Shown here in pieces: positions 26,869 to 36,061 of a stretch of DNA of 38,583 bases. The stretch's first letter is position 1, and each line of letters begins with the position of its first letter. The stretch is from IMG/VR virus record IMGVR_UViG_3300025896_000023. One strand, given 5' to 3'. A program made the position numbers and the translations under genes. This DNA is from a virus. Lineage: Duplodnaviria > Heunggongvirae > Uroviricota > Caudoviricetes. A model generated the notes under the pieces. The model worked only from the letters and a program-made list of their open reading frames with translations, did not search any database and was not told where the DNA came from.

Positions 26869-26877
26869 TAGTATAAT
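26850..26877 (+). promoter_or_regulatory. Middle-type promoter GAAAC-N17-TATAAT
   Basis: GAAAC 26850-26854, TATAAT 26872-26877. Confidence 0.7.
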
Positions 26878-26903
26878 ATTAAAATAACATAATAATATAA
26901 TAT

Positions 26904-27758
26904 ATGAATAGCTTTTCAAGGGTCTTCACAAAAATAATATCGGATATTAAAGTAAATGGAAAGGTCTCTAAACCCAGAGACCTTGAAGTTTCCGAATTAA
27001 TGTATAATGGATACGCAGTAAATCCTACCCAACCTATTGCAAATTTTAATAGTAGAGAATTCAATTGGAAATACTTTGCAGGTGAATTGGTATGGTATTT
27101 GAATAAAGATACAGATATAGATTACATCAATCAATTTTCAGGATTTTGGAAAGGTATTACAAATCCAAACACAAACGAAATTAATTCTAATTATGGTTCT
27201 CTTCTTTTTGGTGAACAACTTCAATGGGTTACGGATTCACTTAAAAAAGATAAAAATACAAGACAAGCAATTGCTTTCTTAAATCAACCTAAGTATCAAT
27301 TTGAAGGTAATAAGGATTTCGTATGTACGATGTATCTTAATTTTTCTATTAGAGAAGATAAATTAGATATGAAAGTGCAAATGAGATCTAATGACATTTT
27401 TTATGGCCTTACATTTGACGCACCTTTCTTTGCAGTAGTACATCAACATGTTTATCTTTGGTTAAAGTCAACATATCCAGAATTAACGTTAGGAACTTAT
27501 TATCATTTTGCGGATAATATTCATTTTTATGAGAGACATTATGAACTTGCTGAGAAAATAGTGCATGAGGCGTTACATCAAGATCAATATATTATGGAAT
27601 TAAAAAAACCATTATTTACAATTGAAAATAGTAATATGTTAATAACTGATCATGGTATTAACATGATACATAATATAAATAAAGGTATTGAAATTGATGC
27701 GAATAAAGATTATTATAATAATATATTAGCAGAATACCTTAATATAAAAAGAGTATGA
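26904..27758 (+). CDS. Thymidylate synthase-fold enzyme, T4 gp42-like dCMP hydroxymethylase candidate
   Basis: EINSNYG, DFVCT (catalytic Cys), MRSNDIFYGLTFD with Asp where ThyA has Asn177, and HFYERH. Confidence 0.8.
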   Translation: MNSFSRVFTKIISDIKVNGKVSKPRDLEVSELMYNGYAVNPTQPIANFNSREFNWKYFAGELVWYLNKDTDIDYINQFSGFWKGITNPNTNEINSNYGSLLFGEQLQWVTDSLKKDKNTRQAIAFLNQPKYQFEGNKDFVCTMYLNFSIREDKLDMKVQMRSNDIFYGLTFDAPFFAVVHQHVYLWLKSTYPELTLGTYYHFADNIHFYERHYELAEKIVHEALHQDQYIMELKKPLFTIENSNMLITDHGINMIHNINKGIEIDANKDYYNNILAEYLNIKRV

Positions 27759-28051
27759 TTAAATATATGAATAAAATTCCAGAATTTTATATAGAAGGAG
27801 AAAATGCAAGTACTATTCATAATACTAATGAATTTCATAATAGAATTGTTGAATTAATTGAAACAAATTTAAGTGGAGAATCAAAAGAAACAACACTATG
27901 TCATTTAATCACCGAAGATGGTACAGTGATGACCGCGGATTTACCTAGAAATGCGTATAAACAATCAATATTAAAAAGCTTAGAATTCTATATAGAAAAA
28001 GAGAATTATGAGATGTGTACAAGAATTAAAAATCTAATAGAACAATTATAA
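27755..28051 (+). CDS. Small protein with C-terminal UVR-like helix pair
   Basis: SLEFYIEKENYEMCTRIKNLIEQL; directly upstream of clpP. Confidence 0.55.
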   Translation: MIKYMNKIPEFYIEGENASTIHNTNEFHNRIVELIETNLSGESKETTLCHLITEDGTVMTADLPRNAYKQSILKSLEFYIEKENYEMCTRIKNLIEQL

Positions 28052-28053
28052 AA

Positions 28054-28725
28054 ATGAATTACGGAAAAGAATTTGAAAAATACGCAATGAGTGACCATGG
28101 TGTTAGCTCAATGAATTTACATTATGCAAAAAAGAATTTAGAAAATTCAATGACTCCATATATTTTAGAAGAGAGAGAATTGAGGGTTACTCAAATGGAT
28201 ATTTTTTCAAGATTAATGATGGATAGATTATTATGGGTTGCAGGAACTGTAAATGATAATATGTCAACCGTTGTTCAAGCACAATTAATGTTTTTAGATT
28301 CAGTAGATACTAGAGATATTACAATGCACATTGATTCAGGAGGGGGGAGTGTAAAGTCTGGACTTTCTATGGTAGATGTTATGGAATATATTAAATCTGA
28401 TATACGTACGGTCAACACAGGAATGGCCGCCTCTATGGGTTCTGTATTATTAGGAGCTGGAACTAAAGGCAAGAGAAGTTCACTAAGACACTCTACCACT
28501 ATGTTACACCAATCTTCGGGAGGATTCAGCGGAAATATCCAAGACGCTGAAATTGACTGGGCAGAATGGCAAAAGGTTAACAAAGAATTATTTAATCTTT
28601 TAGGACAATACTGCGGTAAAAAACCAGATCAAGTTATGAAAGATGCTACAAGAGATATGTGGTTAAACGCAGAAGAGGCATTGAAATATGGAATCATCGA
28701 TGAAATTATAATTAGTAAAAGATAA
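28054..28725 (+). CDS. clpP: ATP-dependent Clp protease proteolytic subunit
   Basis: TQMDIFSRLMMDR, IDSGGGSV, GMAASMGSVLL (Ser), MLHQ (His), RDMWLNAEEALKYGIIDEI (Asp). Confidence 0.93.
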   Translation: MNYGKEFEKYAMSDHGVSSMNLHYAKKNLENSMTPYILEERELRVTQMDIFSRLMMDRLLWVAGTVNDNMSTVVQAQLMFLDSVDTRDITMHIDSGGGSVKSGLSMVDVMEYIKSDIRTVNTGMAASMGSVLLGAGTKGKRSSLRHSTTMLHQSSGGFSGNIQDAEIDWAEWQKVNKELFNLLGQYCGKKPDQVMKDATRDMWLNAEEALKYGIIDEIIISKR

Positions 28726-28734
28726 TAACATAAT

Positions 28735-28932
28735 ATGAGAATACATTTTTATGTACATACTGAGGAATTAGAATATCTTAATACAATAATCAAAGGTAAT
28801 ATGGAAACTGGTGAATATCCAGTTTCCATAGCGCCTACTTATTTTGAAAATTCGTATTTAATAGATATATCCTACGACGATTATGTAAGATTAAATGACA
28901 ATAATACATTTACAACACTTATTTCATTATGA
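28735..28932 (+). CDS. Hypothetical protein
   Basis: 65-aa ORF in the operon; ATGA overlap with the next gene. Confidence 0.6.
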   Translation: MRIHFYVHTEELEYLNTIIKGNMETGEYPVSIAPTYFENSYLIDISYDDYVRLNDNNTFTTLISL

Positions 28933-29240
28933 CAAAAAGAGAAAAACAAAGAGACCTTTTCATTGAATTAATTAATTATCAGTTAAAGGACCATGGGGTA
29001 AAATACGAAGATGTTAAGGAAAATCCAGCATGGTATATGGAATATCACACAACTTTAGAAAAAGAAAATGAATTTATAACATATTGTGTTTCTAGAATTC
29101 AAGAAGTTTTAAAACTGTCAAAGTCAAACGCAGAAAGAGAAGCTAGTTGGTTTATTCTACAATGGGGACTTACTACCACGTATTCTCAGAATAAAGAAAT
29201 AAAGGATATTCAAAGAAAAATAAAAGATTCAGAATTATAA
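28929..29240 (+). CDS. Hypothetical protein
   Basis: 103-aa ORF, translationally coupled. Confidence 0.7.
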   Translation: MTKREKQRDLFIELINYQLKDHGVKYEDVKENPAWYMEYHTTLEKENEFITYCVSRIQEVLKLSKSNAEREASWFILQWGLTTTYSQNKEIKDIQRKIKDSEL

Positions 29241-29302
29241 GATTATCTTAATATAATTCATTCTTTGTACATATTTTCCATGTAAATATTGATAAATACT
29301 GT

Positions 29303-30004
29303 ATGGAAATATTTGATAAATATTGGCTTACCACTGGCCCATTTGACTACGAATCAAAACAATATAAATTATTAGCTGCAATTAAGGAAATAAATTCTTT
29401 AGTTGACGCTAACTTGTTATATACCGCGATAAGCATTGTTGAGATAGAACTTGAAAAACTTTACAATATAAAATATAATAAAGATTCAATAGAATTAAAA
29501 CATAGAAAAATTAGCGGAATCGATATTGATAACATGGAACTATCTTACGAATATTATGAAACCAGTAAAGAAATACAGGTAATATACGATATTTGTGATA
29601 CTGCAATCGAATCTTTAGAAAAAGCATATAGATATATTAGAGATAAATGGAGGGCTATTGAAATAAAGTGTGAAATAACAGAAATACCAGATAAAAAACC
29701 ATTGAATACAATGGGATATATCATGTATATTGTTCCTAATTCTCCAATTATTAAAATTTATAAGTATATAGAACCAACTAGTTTTAAAATAGATTGGAAT
29801 AAATTTAAATTAACAGAGGTTTGCGAAATTAAAAATGAAATTAGAGAAATTGCAATATTCATTGCGCATTCTGAAGCGAATACTAATTCATACCGTTTTT
29901 TTAGATTTGATGTAAAGATTAAGACAGAACTTCCTTCGTTTGATGAATGTATGCTTCCGCTTATGAAATATTGTATATTTAATAGAATCAAACATGGAAT
30001 TTAG
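29303..30004 (+). CDS. Hypothetical protein
   Basis: 233-aa ORF with GATAAATAC late-like motif just upstream. Confidence 0.7.
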   Translation: MEIFDKYWLTTGPFDYESKQYKLLAAIKEINSLVDANLLYTAISIVEIELEKLYNIKYNKDSIELKHRKISGIDIDNMELSYEYYETSKEIQVIYDICDTAIESLEKAYRYIRDKWRAIEIKCEITEIPDKKPLNTMGYIMYIVPNSPIIKIYKYIEPTSFKIDWNKFKLTEVCEIKNEIREIAIFIAHSEANTNSYRFFRFDVKIKTELPSFDECMLPLMKYCIFNRIKHGI

Positions 30005-30036
30005 AATATATACATTATAAAAATAATTTTTTAAAA

Positions 30037-31275
30037 ATGGCATACGTTATAAATGAAGATATAATCGCTAGTATAAATTCAACCTTTAATCTTAAACAAG
30101 GTGAATCCCAGATATACGAAATAACACTCGACCGCGATTTTATTGGAAATCAATTAAATACAAGGGTAGTAACATCCATATCGGTTGGAATATTAAATGC
30201 AATTGGTAAAAAAATATTAATGTATAATAATCCAATGGTACCTGGGGTTTCAGATAATCTTGTATTTGCAGATTCTTCTGAAAATAAACCTGGGGTTATT
30301 CGATTCGAAATTACAGATTCTCAATCGCTTATGATTTCAGGTGGAGAAATATCTGCACAAATTACTTTAGTATTTTCAGATTTTTATCCAAATGCAAAAA
30401 CGTATATCATGCCACCCCTACTACTTGGACAGATAATAGAATTAGATTCAAACGGAGGAGGTGGAACCGACGGAGGTGGAGGTATAATTCCAGGAACATC
30501 AACAACCCTAGGCGCACCCTTATTTGAAATAGAACATATTGACTTAACATATCCTAGCAAATCAGGAATGATGTCTATTAACGACCAAGATCCTGGAAAA
30601 TTAACGAAAATTATTTTTAGAAATTTAGATAAAAATTTAGTTAGATCTACCATTTTAGAAAACTTTTTAGTAAATAGAATGGATAGCGAAAAAAGTAACG
30701 GAATAATCACACTATATTCAACAACAAATTCAAAGTTCTTTACTATATATAAAATAATTTCTTGGAATAGGGTTGATATTACAAGTGGAAATGGAACTTC
30801 TGATAATACAGATGGTATTGAAATAAATGTAAAGATAGAAAGTGTATCAACAGGTCCAGGTATTACCAAATATCTGTGGCAAGTTGCAGATTCTGTTACA
30901 TTCTCAATAGATTCACATGGAATTGGAGGTACTGATATTAAACCAGATGGAATCTTAACATATCATGATAAAAATAAAAAAGTTACGAAACCAACCAATG
31001 GTCAAAAATCCCCTACCGGTGTTTATATCACATATTCACCATATTATGATTCCCATGTCATGATAGAGGTCAATGGAATAAGTGTTGATTCTGGTAATAG
31101 TTTAATGACATCAACTGCTTATTTTTCAGGAGATAATGGAATTACACCAGTAGATCTAGAATCAATCAGAGGAGGTGACCAGCTAATATGGAATGGTTCA
31201 ATCGCAGGTTTTGAATTAGAATTAGGTGATGAAATCAATCTAATATATGAGGTAAACGTAGATGATTTAAGATAA
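30037..31275 (+). CDS. Virion structural protein (beta-rich; C-terminal domain paralogous to 36062-36820)
   Basis: AATATATA at 30005; Gly linker GGGGTDGGGG; C-terminus PYYDSHVMIEVNG...YFSGDNG...WNGSIAGFELELGDEINLIYE. Confidence 0.65.
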   Translation: MAYVINEDIIASINSTFNLKQGESQIYEITLDRDFIGNQLNTRVVTSISVGILNAIGKKILMYNNPMVPGVSDNLVFADSSENKPGVIRFEITDSQSLMISGGEISAQITLVFSDFYPNAKTYIMPPLLLGQIIELDSNGGGGTDGGGGIIPGTSTTLGAPLFEIEHIDLTYPSKSGMMSINDQDPGKLTKIIFRNLDKNLVRSTILENFLVNRMDSEKSNGIITLYSTTNSKFFTIYKIISWNRVDITSGNGTSDNTDGIEINVKIESVSTGPGITKYLWQVADSVTFSIDSHGIGGTDIKPDGILTYHDKNKKVTKPTNGQKSPTGVYITYSPYYDSHVMIEVNGISVDSGNSLMTSTAYFSGDNGITPVDLESIRGGDQLIWNGSIAGFELELGDEINLIYEVNVDDLR

Positions 31276-31443
31276 TTCAAAAAAATGATTTTTTTAATTT
31301 TTATTTAAAAAATAATCATATAATATATCAAAATCAATAAAACACTACACATTCATATTAATATATAATCCAGTTACAAGCAATAATGTGAGTAACTCCA
31401 TACTCAATAAAGGGTATGGGCCTAAAAAAATTATATATTATAT

Positions 31444-33294
31444 ATGGCACAAATTCGTTCAAAACAAATCGCAGACTTTTTATCATCAGTAAACTGGGCT
31501 TCTGTTAACTCAACGGACATCGCAAACGCGGCTGACATTAAATCATTAGTATCTTCTGAGATCGCTGCTGTAAACGGAGACAACGCTGCAGTATCTGACG
31601 CTTTAGTTGCTGAAATCTCAGCAACTAACTCTGACTTTGTAAGAGTTGAAGCACATTTATCTGCTGAAATCTATGACGCTAGACTTTACACATCTGATGA
31701 GATGTTAAGAGCTCAAGAAGCTGAAGAAGCCTTAACCGCTGCTTTATCTACTGAGATTGCTTCTACTAATTCTGACTTCGTAAGAGTTGAAGCTGCTTAT
31801 GCTGCTGCAGATTCTATCGAAAAAGCAAGAGCTGAAGGAGCTGAAGGAGTATTAGATGGTAAAATTTCTACAGAAAAAGGTAGAATCGACGCTATCTTAT
31901 TAGCATCTGACGCGGATAAAGATTCATTCGCTGAAATCGTTTCATTAATTAATGGAGTCGATACTACAAACGATGATGTATTTGCAGGATACGTATTATC
32001 TAACAATGCTTCTGTTGATTCATTAGAATTAGCTATCGCTGGTGATTTTACTTCTATCGACACTAGAGCTTTAGATTTAGAAAATGCATTATCTGCTGAA
32101 ATCTCTGCAACTAATGGAGATGTTACTTCTATTGATTTAGCAATCTCTACTGAGCATTCTCATCACACTGCTGCTGAAGCTTCTTTAGAAACTTTAATCT
32201 CAGTTGAAATTGTTGACATGACAACTTATGTTGATGGAGAAGTTACTTCGATCGATGCTGCAATTTCTGCTGAAATCTCGGCTACTAACTCTGACTTCGC
32301 AAGAGTTGAAGCTAATTTATCTACTGAAATTGTTGACATGACAACTTATGTTGATGGTGAAGTTTCTACAATCAATGTTGCTTTAGCTGCTGAAATCTCA
32401 GCAACTAATGGAGATATCACATCGATTGACACGAGATTAGGTGCAGTAGGTTCTAGTTTAGTTGATTCTGTTGATTCATTAGAATTAGCTTTAACTGCTG
32501 AAATCTCTGCTACAAATGCTGATTTCGCTGAAGTTAACTCTTCTGTTGATTCATTAGAATTAGCTTTAACTGCTGAAATATCTGCTACAAATGCTGATTT
32601 TACTTCTGTTAACTCTAGAGTTTCTACCGAAGAAGGTAGAGTTGATGCTATCTTATTAGCTTCTGCTGCTGACAAAGATTCATTTGCTGAAATTGTTTCT
32701 TTAATCAACTTAGTTGATACTACTAACGATACTGCATTCGCTTCTTATGTTTTAGCAAATGACGCTTCTGTTGATTCATTAGAATTAGCTATCGCTGGTG
32801 ATTTTACTTCTATCGACACTAGAGCTTTAGATTTAGAAAATGCACTATCTGCTGAAATCTCTGCTACTAACTCTGACGTTACTAGAATTGACGCTGCATT
32901 ATCTGCTGAAATCTCTGCTACTAACTCTGACGTTACTAGAATTGACGCTAATTTATCTACTGAAATTGTTGACATGACAACTTATGTTGATGGTGAAGTA
33001 ACTACATTAGAAGGTACTATTTCTGATTTAGAAGCTGCGCATGATGGAAGATTAACTTCGTTAGAAGATTACATCATGGAAGATGCTCAAATGGTTGTTA
33101 AAGAAGTTACAGGTGCAGGTTTATCTTACACTTTAGATTTCGCAGTACAAGACGATAACAAAGATTTAGCTAACGTTTACGTTAACGGTCATAGAGTTAA
33201 AGTTTCTAGCGTTACTGGAACAGCGATCGTATTAGCAACGCCAGGTTACGTAATTGATGAAGATGATACTGTTGTTTTTGTTTACCAAAAATAA
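31444..33294 (+). CDS. Repetitive coiled-coil fibre / whisker-like virion protein
   Basis: Repeats of LSAEISATNxD, LSTEIVDMTTYVDGEV and DSLELA; large internal duplication; strongly biased codon usage; C-terminal VYVNG...GYVIDEDDTVVFVY domain. Confidence 0.7.
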   Translation: MAQIRSKQIADFLSSVNWASVNSTDIANAADIKSLVSSEIAAVNGDNAAVSDALVAEISATNSDFVRVEAHLSAEIYDARLYTSDEMLRAQEAEEALTAALSTEIASTNSDFVRVEAAYAAADSIEKARAEGAEGVLDGKISTEKGRIDAILLASDADKDSFAEIVSLINGVDTTNDDVFAGYVLSNNASVDSLELAIAGDFTSIDTRALDLENALSAEISATNGDVTSIDLAISTEHSHHTAAEASLETLISVEIVDMTTYVDGEVTSIDAAISAEISATNSDFARVEANLSTEIVDMTTYVDGEVSTINVALAAEISATNGDITSIDTRLGAVGSSLVDSVDSLELALTAEISATNADFAEVNSSVDSLELALTAEISATNADFTSVNSRVSTEEGRVDAILLASAADKDSFAEIVSLINLVDTTNDTAFASYVLANDASVDSLELAIAGDFTSIDTRALDLENALSAEISATNSDVTRIDAALSAEISATNSDVTRIDANLSTEIVDMTTYVDGEVTTLEGTISDLEAAHDGRLTSLEDYIMEDAQMVVKEVTGAGLSYTLDFAVQDDNKDLANVYVNGHRVKVSSVTGTAIVLATPGYVIDEDDTVVFVYQK

Positions 33295-33315
33295 TTAGTA
33301 AATTCTGATTAAACT

Positions 33316-33341
33316 AAAGGGAGCTTCGGCTCCCTTTTTTT
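33316..33341 (+). terminator. Rho-independent terminator
   Basis: AAAGGGAGC-TTCG-GCTCCCTTT followed by a T run. Confidence 0.9.
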
Positions 33342-33379
33342 ATAATAAATTAAATATATAAATTAAATAAATACCTTTT

Positions 33380-34576
33380 ATGAATATAGGAATTACAATA
33401 GGGTTAACCAAGGAAAATGAATCTCTTTGGATTAACGGAATTAAACTAAATGCGTTATATTTAGCAAATACCCTATTAAGTATAGGGGAACATAATGTAT
33501 GGATCTTAGATACCTCCGATAAAGTAGAGGATCTTACAAAAGTACAATGGGACACTAACAAATTTAAAATATTTAAATTTAAAGAAAAATTTAAAGAAAT
33601 AGATTTGCTTATAACATTAGGTACTTCAATTCCAGAAAATTGGTCAAATGCAATAAAAACTGCAAATCCAAATGCTAAGATAGTAAAATATCAATGCGGT
33701 AATAACTATGTCGTAGATATGGAAAGAGTTTTATTCGGAGATCCCAATGCTGAAGGAATTCCATCATGGGATAAAGGGCATGATGAAACATGGACCATCC
33801 CACAGCAAGAACACCACAATAAAGAATACTTTCAATTAATATATAGACAAAATCCAAAGGATGTTAAAATAGTTCCATTCGTATGGGATCCTATGTTTAT
33901 AGATAGAAATAGCGAAATACTTAAATCGCTTGGAAAGAAAAATCCAAAATATACACCTAAACCAATATCTGAAAAGAAAATTTCAGTAATGGAACCAAAT
34001 TTAAATGTTGTAAAATACGCTCTTATACCTATTATGATCGTTGAGGCATTCTTTAGAAAACTTGGAGAAAATTCATTTAAACAACTATATGTTGGAAGCG
34101 GTAATAAGTTATTAAAACATAAATATTTTCTAGGAATGATTAAAAACCTAGATATCGTAAATAGAAAAAATCCACTTATCAAATTTGTACCAAGATATCC
34201 TGTGACTACCTTTTTAGCTGAAGAAACTGATATTGTACTTGCACATCAATGGGGAAATCCATTAAATTATTCGTATTTGGATGCAATTCATTTCGGCTAT
34301 CCAGTGGTGCATAACGCTGATTTTATAAAAGATGGTGGATATTATTATAAGGACTTTTCAATATTTGGAGGAATGGAACAATTAGATATTGCAATAAATC
34401 AGCATGACAACAGTATAGAGGAATACAGAGAAAAGAATAAAAAGGTATTAGATAGATACTTATCAACTAATCCTGATGTTGTAGATACATATAGAAAATT
34501 AATAGAGAATTTATGGGATCCTAATAAACATAAATTATCATACAAATATAACTGGAAAACAAACACATATAAATAA
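33380..34576 (+). CDS. DUF2827-like putative glycosyltransferase
   Basis: IGITI...SLWINGIKLNA, ISVMEPNLNVVK, LAHQWGNPLNYSYLDAIHFGYPVVHN. Confidence 0.7.
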   Translation: MNIGITIGLTKENESLWINGIKLNALYLANTLLSIGEHNVWILDTSDKVEDLTKVQWDTNKFKIFKFKEKFKEIDLLITLGTSIPENWSNAIKTANPNAKIVKYQCGNNYVVDMERVLFGDPNAEGIPSWDKGHDETWTIPQQEHHNKEYFQLIYRQNPKDVKIVPFVWDPMFIDRNSEILKSLGKKNPKYTPKPISEKKISVMEPNLNVVKYALIPIMIVEAFFRKLGENSFKQLYVGSGNKLLKHKYFLGMIKNLDIVNRKNPLIKFVPRYPVTTFLAEETDIVLAHQWGNPLNYSYLDAIHFGYPVVHNADFIKDGGYYYKDFSIFGGMEQLDIAINQHDNSIEEYREKNKKVLDRYLSTNPDVVDTYRKLIENLWDPNKHKLSYKYNWKTNTYK

Positions 34577-35343
34577 TGAGTGAATTATCAAATTTAATGG
34601 AATCAATCGATAAACAAAAAATATCGATAATCATGCAATCTTATCTTGGAGATTATCCAGGTTCTAGAACAGATGCTATATCTAAATTTAGAAGAGCAGT
34701 AAAAAGTTTTCAAAATCAATTATATAAAAATTGTGAATTGATTATAGTGGCAGATGGTTGTACTAAAACACACCAGATTTACACCAGAGAATTCAAAAAC
34801 GATCCTTCAATTAAATTCATATTCGTAGATAAAGATACCCCACACATGTACGAATTAAACGAGGATGGACATAAATATTATAGAGGATTTCCACGAAGGG
34901 TTGGAGTTGGTGCTGCAACAGGGGCTTTAATAACATATATGGATTCCGACGATTTTCTAATGCCAGAGTTTACATTAACATTATTACTAACGTATAATAT
35001 GAATACTGATTTAGAATGGTGGATTAACACCGAGTGGTATGATAATGAAAACGCCAAATGGGAAGATAACAATGTAATCTTTGGAAGTAATCATGATGAA
35101 GATATAGAAATAGAAGGTATTCCGGGAAAATGGACAAAAACATCAGTAAAACCAGGCATGGCAGTTTTAAGTCCATGGTTATTAATGCACAAGGCGTCAT
35201 GTACTACCAAATGGAGAGATGTTATAGGAAATAGTGAAGATTCTGATTTCAATAAAAGACTTAGAACCGATTATAAAAACGGTACTGTACTTAATAAACC
35301 AATATATGTGCGATGCCATTATAGAGACGTATGGGATATTTAA
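34576..35343 (+). CDS. Glycosyltransferase family 2
   Basis: ISIIMQSY...SFQNQLYKNCELIIVADG...GVGAATGALITYMDSDD...SEDSDF. Confidence 0.85.
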   Translation: MSELSNLMESIDKQKISIIMQSYLGDYPGSRTDAISKFRRAVKSFQNQLYKNCELIIVADGCTKTHQIYTREFKNDPSIKFIFVDKDTPHMYELNEDGHKYYRGFPRRVGVGAATGALITYMDSDDFLMPEFTLTLLLTYNMNTDLEWWINTEWYDNENAKWEDNNVIFGSNHDEDIEIEGIPGKWTKTSVKPGMAVLSPWLLMHKASCTTKWRDVIGNSEDSDFNKRLRTDYKNGTVLNKPIYVRCHYRDVWDI

Positions 35344-35927
35344 TCTCTATTTAAAGATTTTTTAAATATGTCAGCACAGATGGCGAGATATTCTTTTTTA
35401 GAATTCTCGTCATTTTTTATATACCAAGAGTATGCCATTGAATTTTCATATCTTGCAATATCTCCTTTAATAATAGAAATATTTTCGGATATATTACTAA
35501 TCTCATCTTCACCTAACTCATCAAATTCAATATCTAATTCCATCGCAAGTTTAAGTAACATTCCCCAGTCATGTTTCGAATTTGCATCATTTAAATCTTC
35601 ATACACTTTTTTAAGAAATTTAGTTTCACTTGAATTAATATCTCTTAATTTATCCGGATGACATTTTACCGCAATCTTTCTAAATAATTTTTTAAATTTA
35701 GGATCATTATGATTATTATTAACCTCTTCTATAATTTCTATGTCCTCTTCCTTTATTTCAATATCGATTTTGGGTTTAGGCATAAGAGCTTCTACTGCTT
35801 CTGGATCTGATTCTAACATTGCATTTCTAAACTCACCCTCTGCAACACTTGAAATTTCTTTAACATCATCTAGGGTTTCATTTAGATAATTATAGTCTCT
35901 AATAAGTTTTTTTAGTATAGGATTCAT
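35340..35927 (-). CDS. J-domain (DnaJ-like) protein
   Basis: KKLFRKIAVKCHPDKL...LKKVYEDL with the HPD motif; GAATAAATAC upstream. Confidence 0.75.
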   Translation of the reverse strand: MNPILKKLIRDYNYLNETLDDVKEISSVAEGEFRNAMLESDPEAVEALMPKPKIDIEIKEEDIEIIEEVNNNHNDPKFKKLFRKIAVKCHPDKLRDINSSETKFLKKVYEDLNDANSKHDWGMLLKLAMELDIEFDELGEDEISNISENISIIKGDIARYENSMAYSWYIKNDENSKKEYLAICADIFKKSLNRD

Positions 35928-36061
35928 GTAGTATTTATTCTAATTATATTAAGATATTCCTGTTAATATAATACTGTATCGTAATATTATATGAATATAT
36001 AGAATTGAACGAGATTAAATAAATAATCTTTTTATAGAAAAAACAAAAAAAATAAAAATCT

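Noticed and set aside
27638-27646. GTTAATAAC box inside the TS-fold gene
   Set aside because: In frame with MLIT and not associated with an early promoter; probably coincidental.
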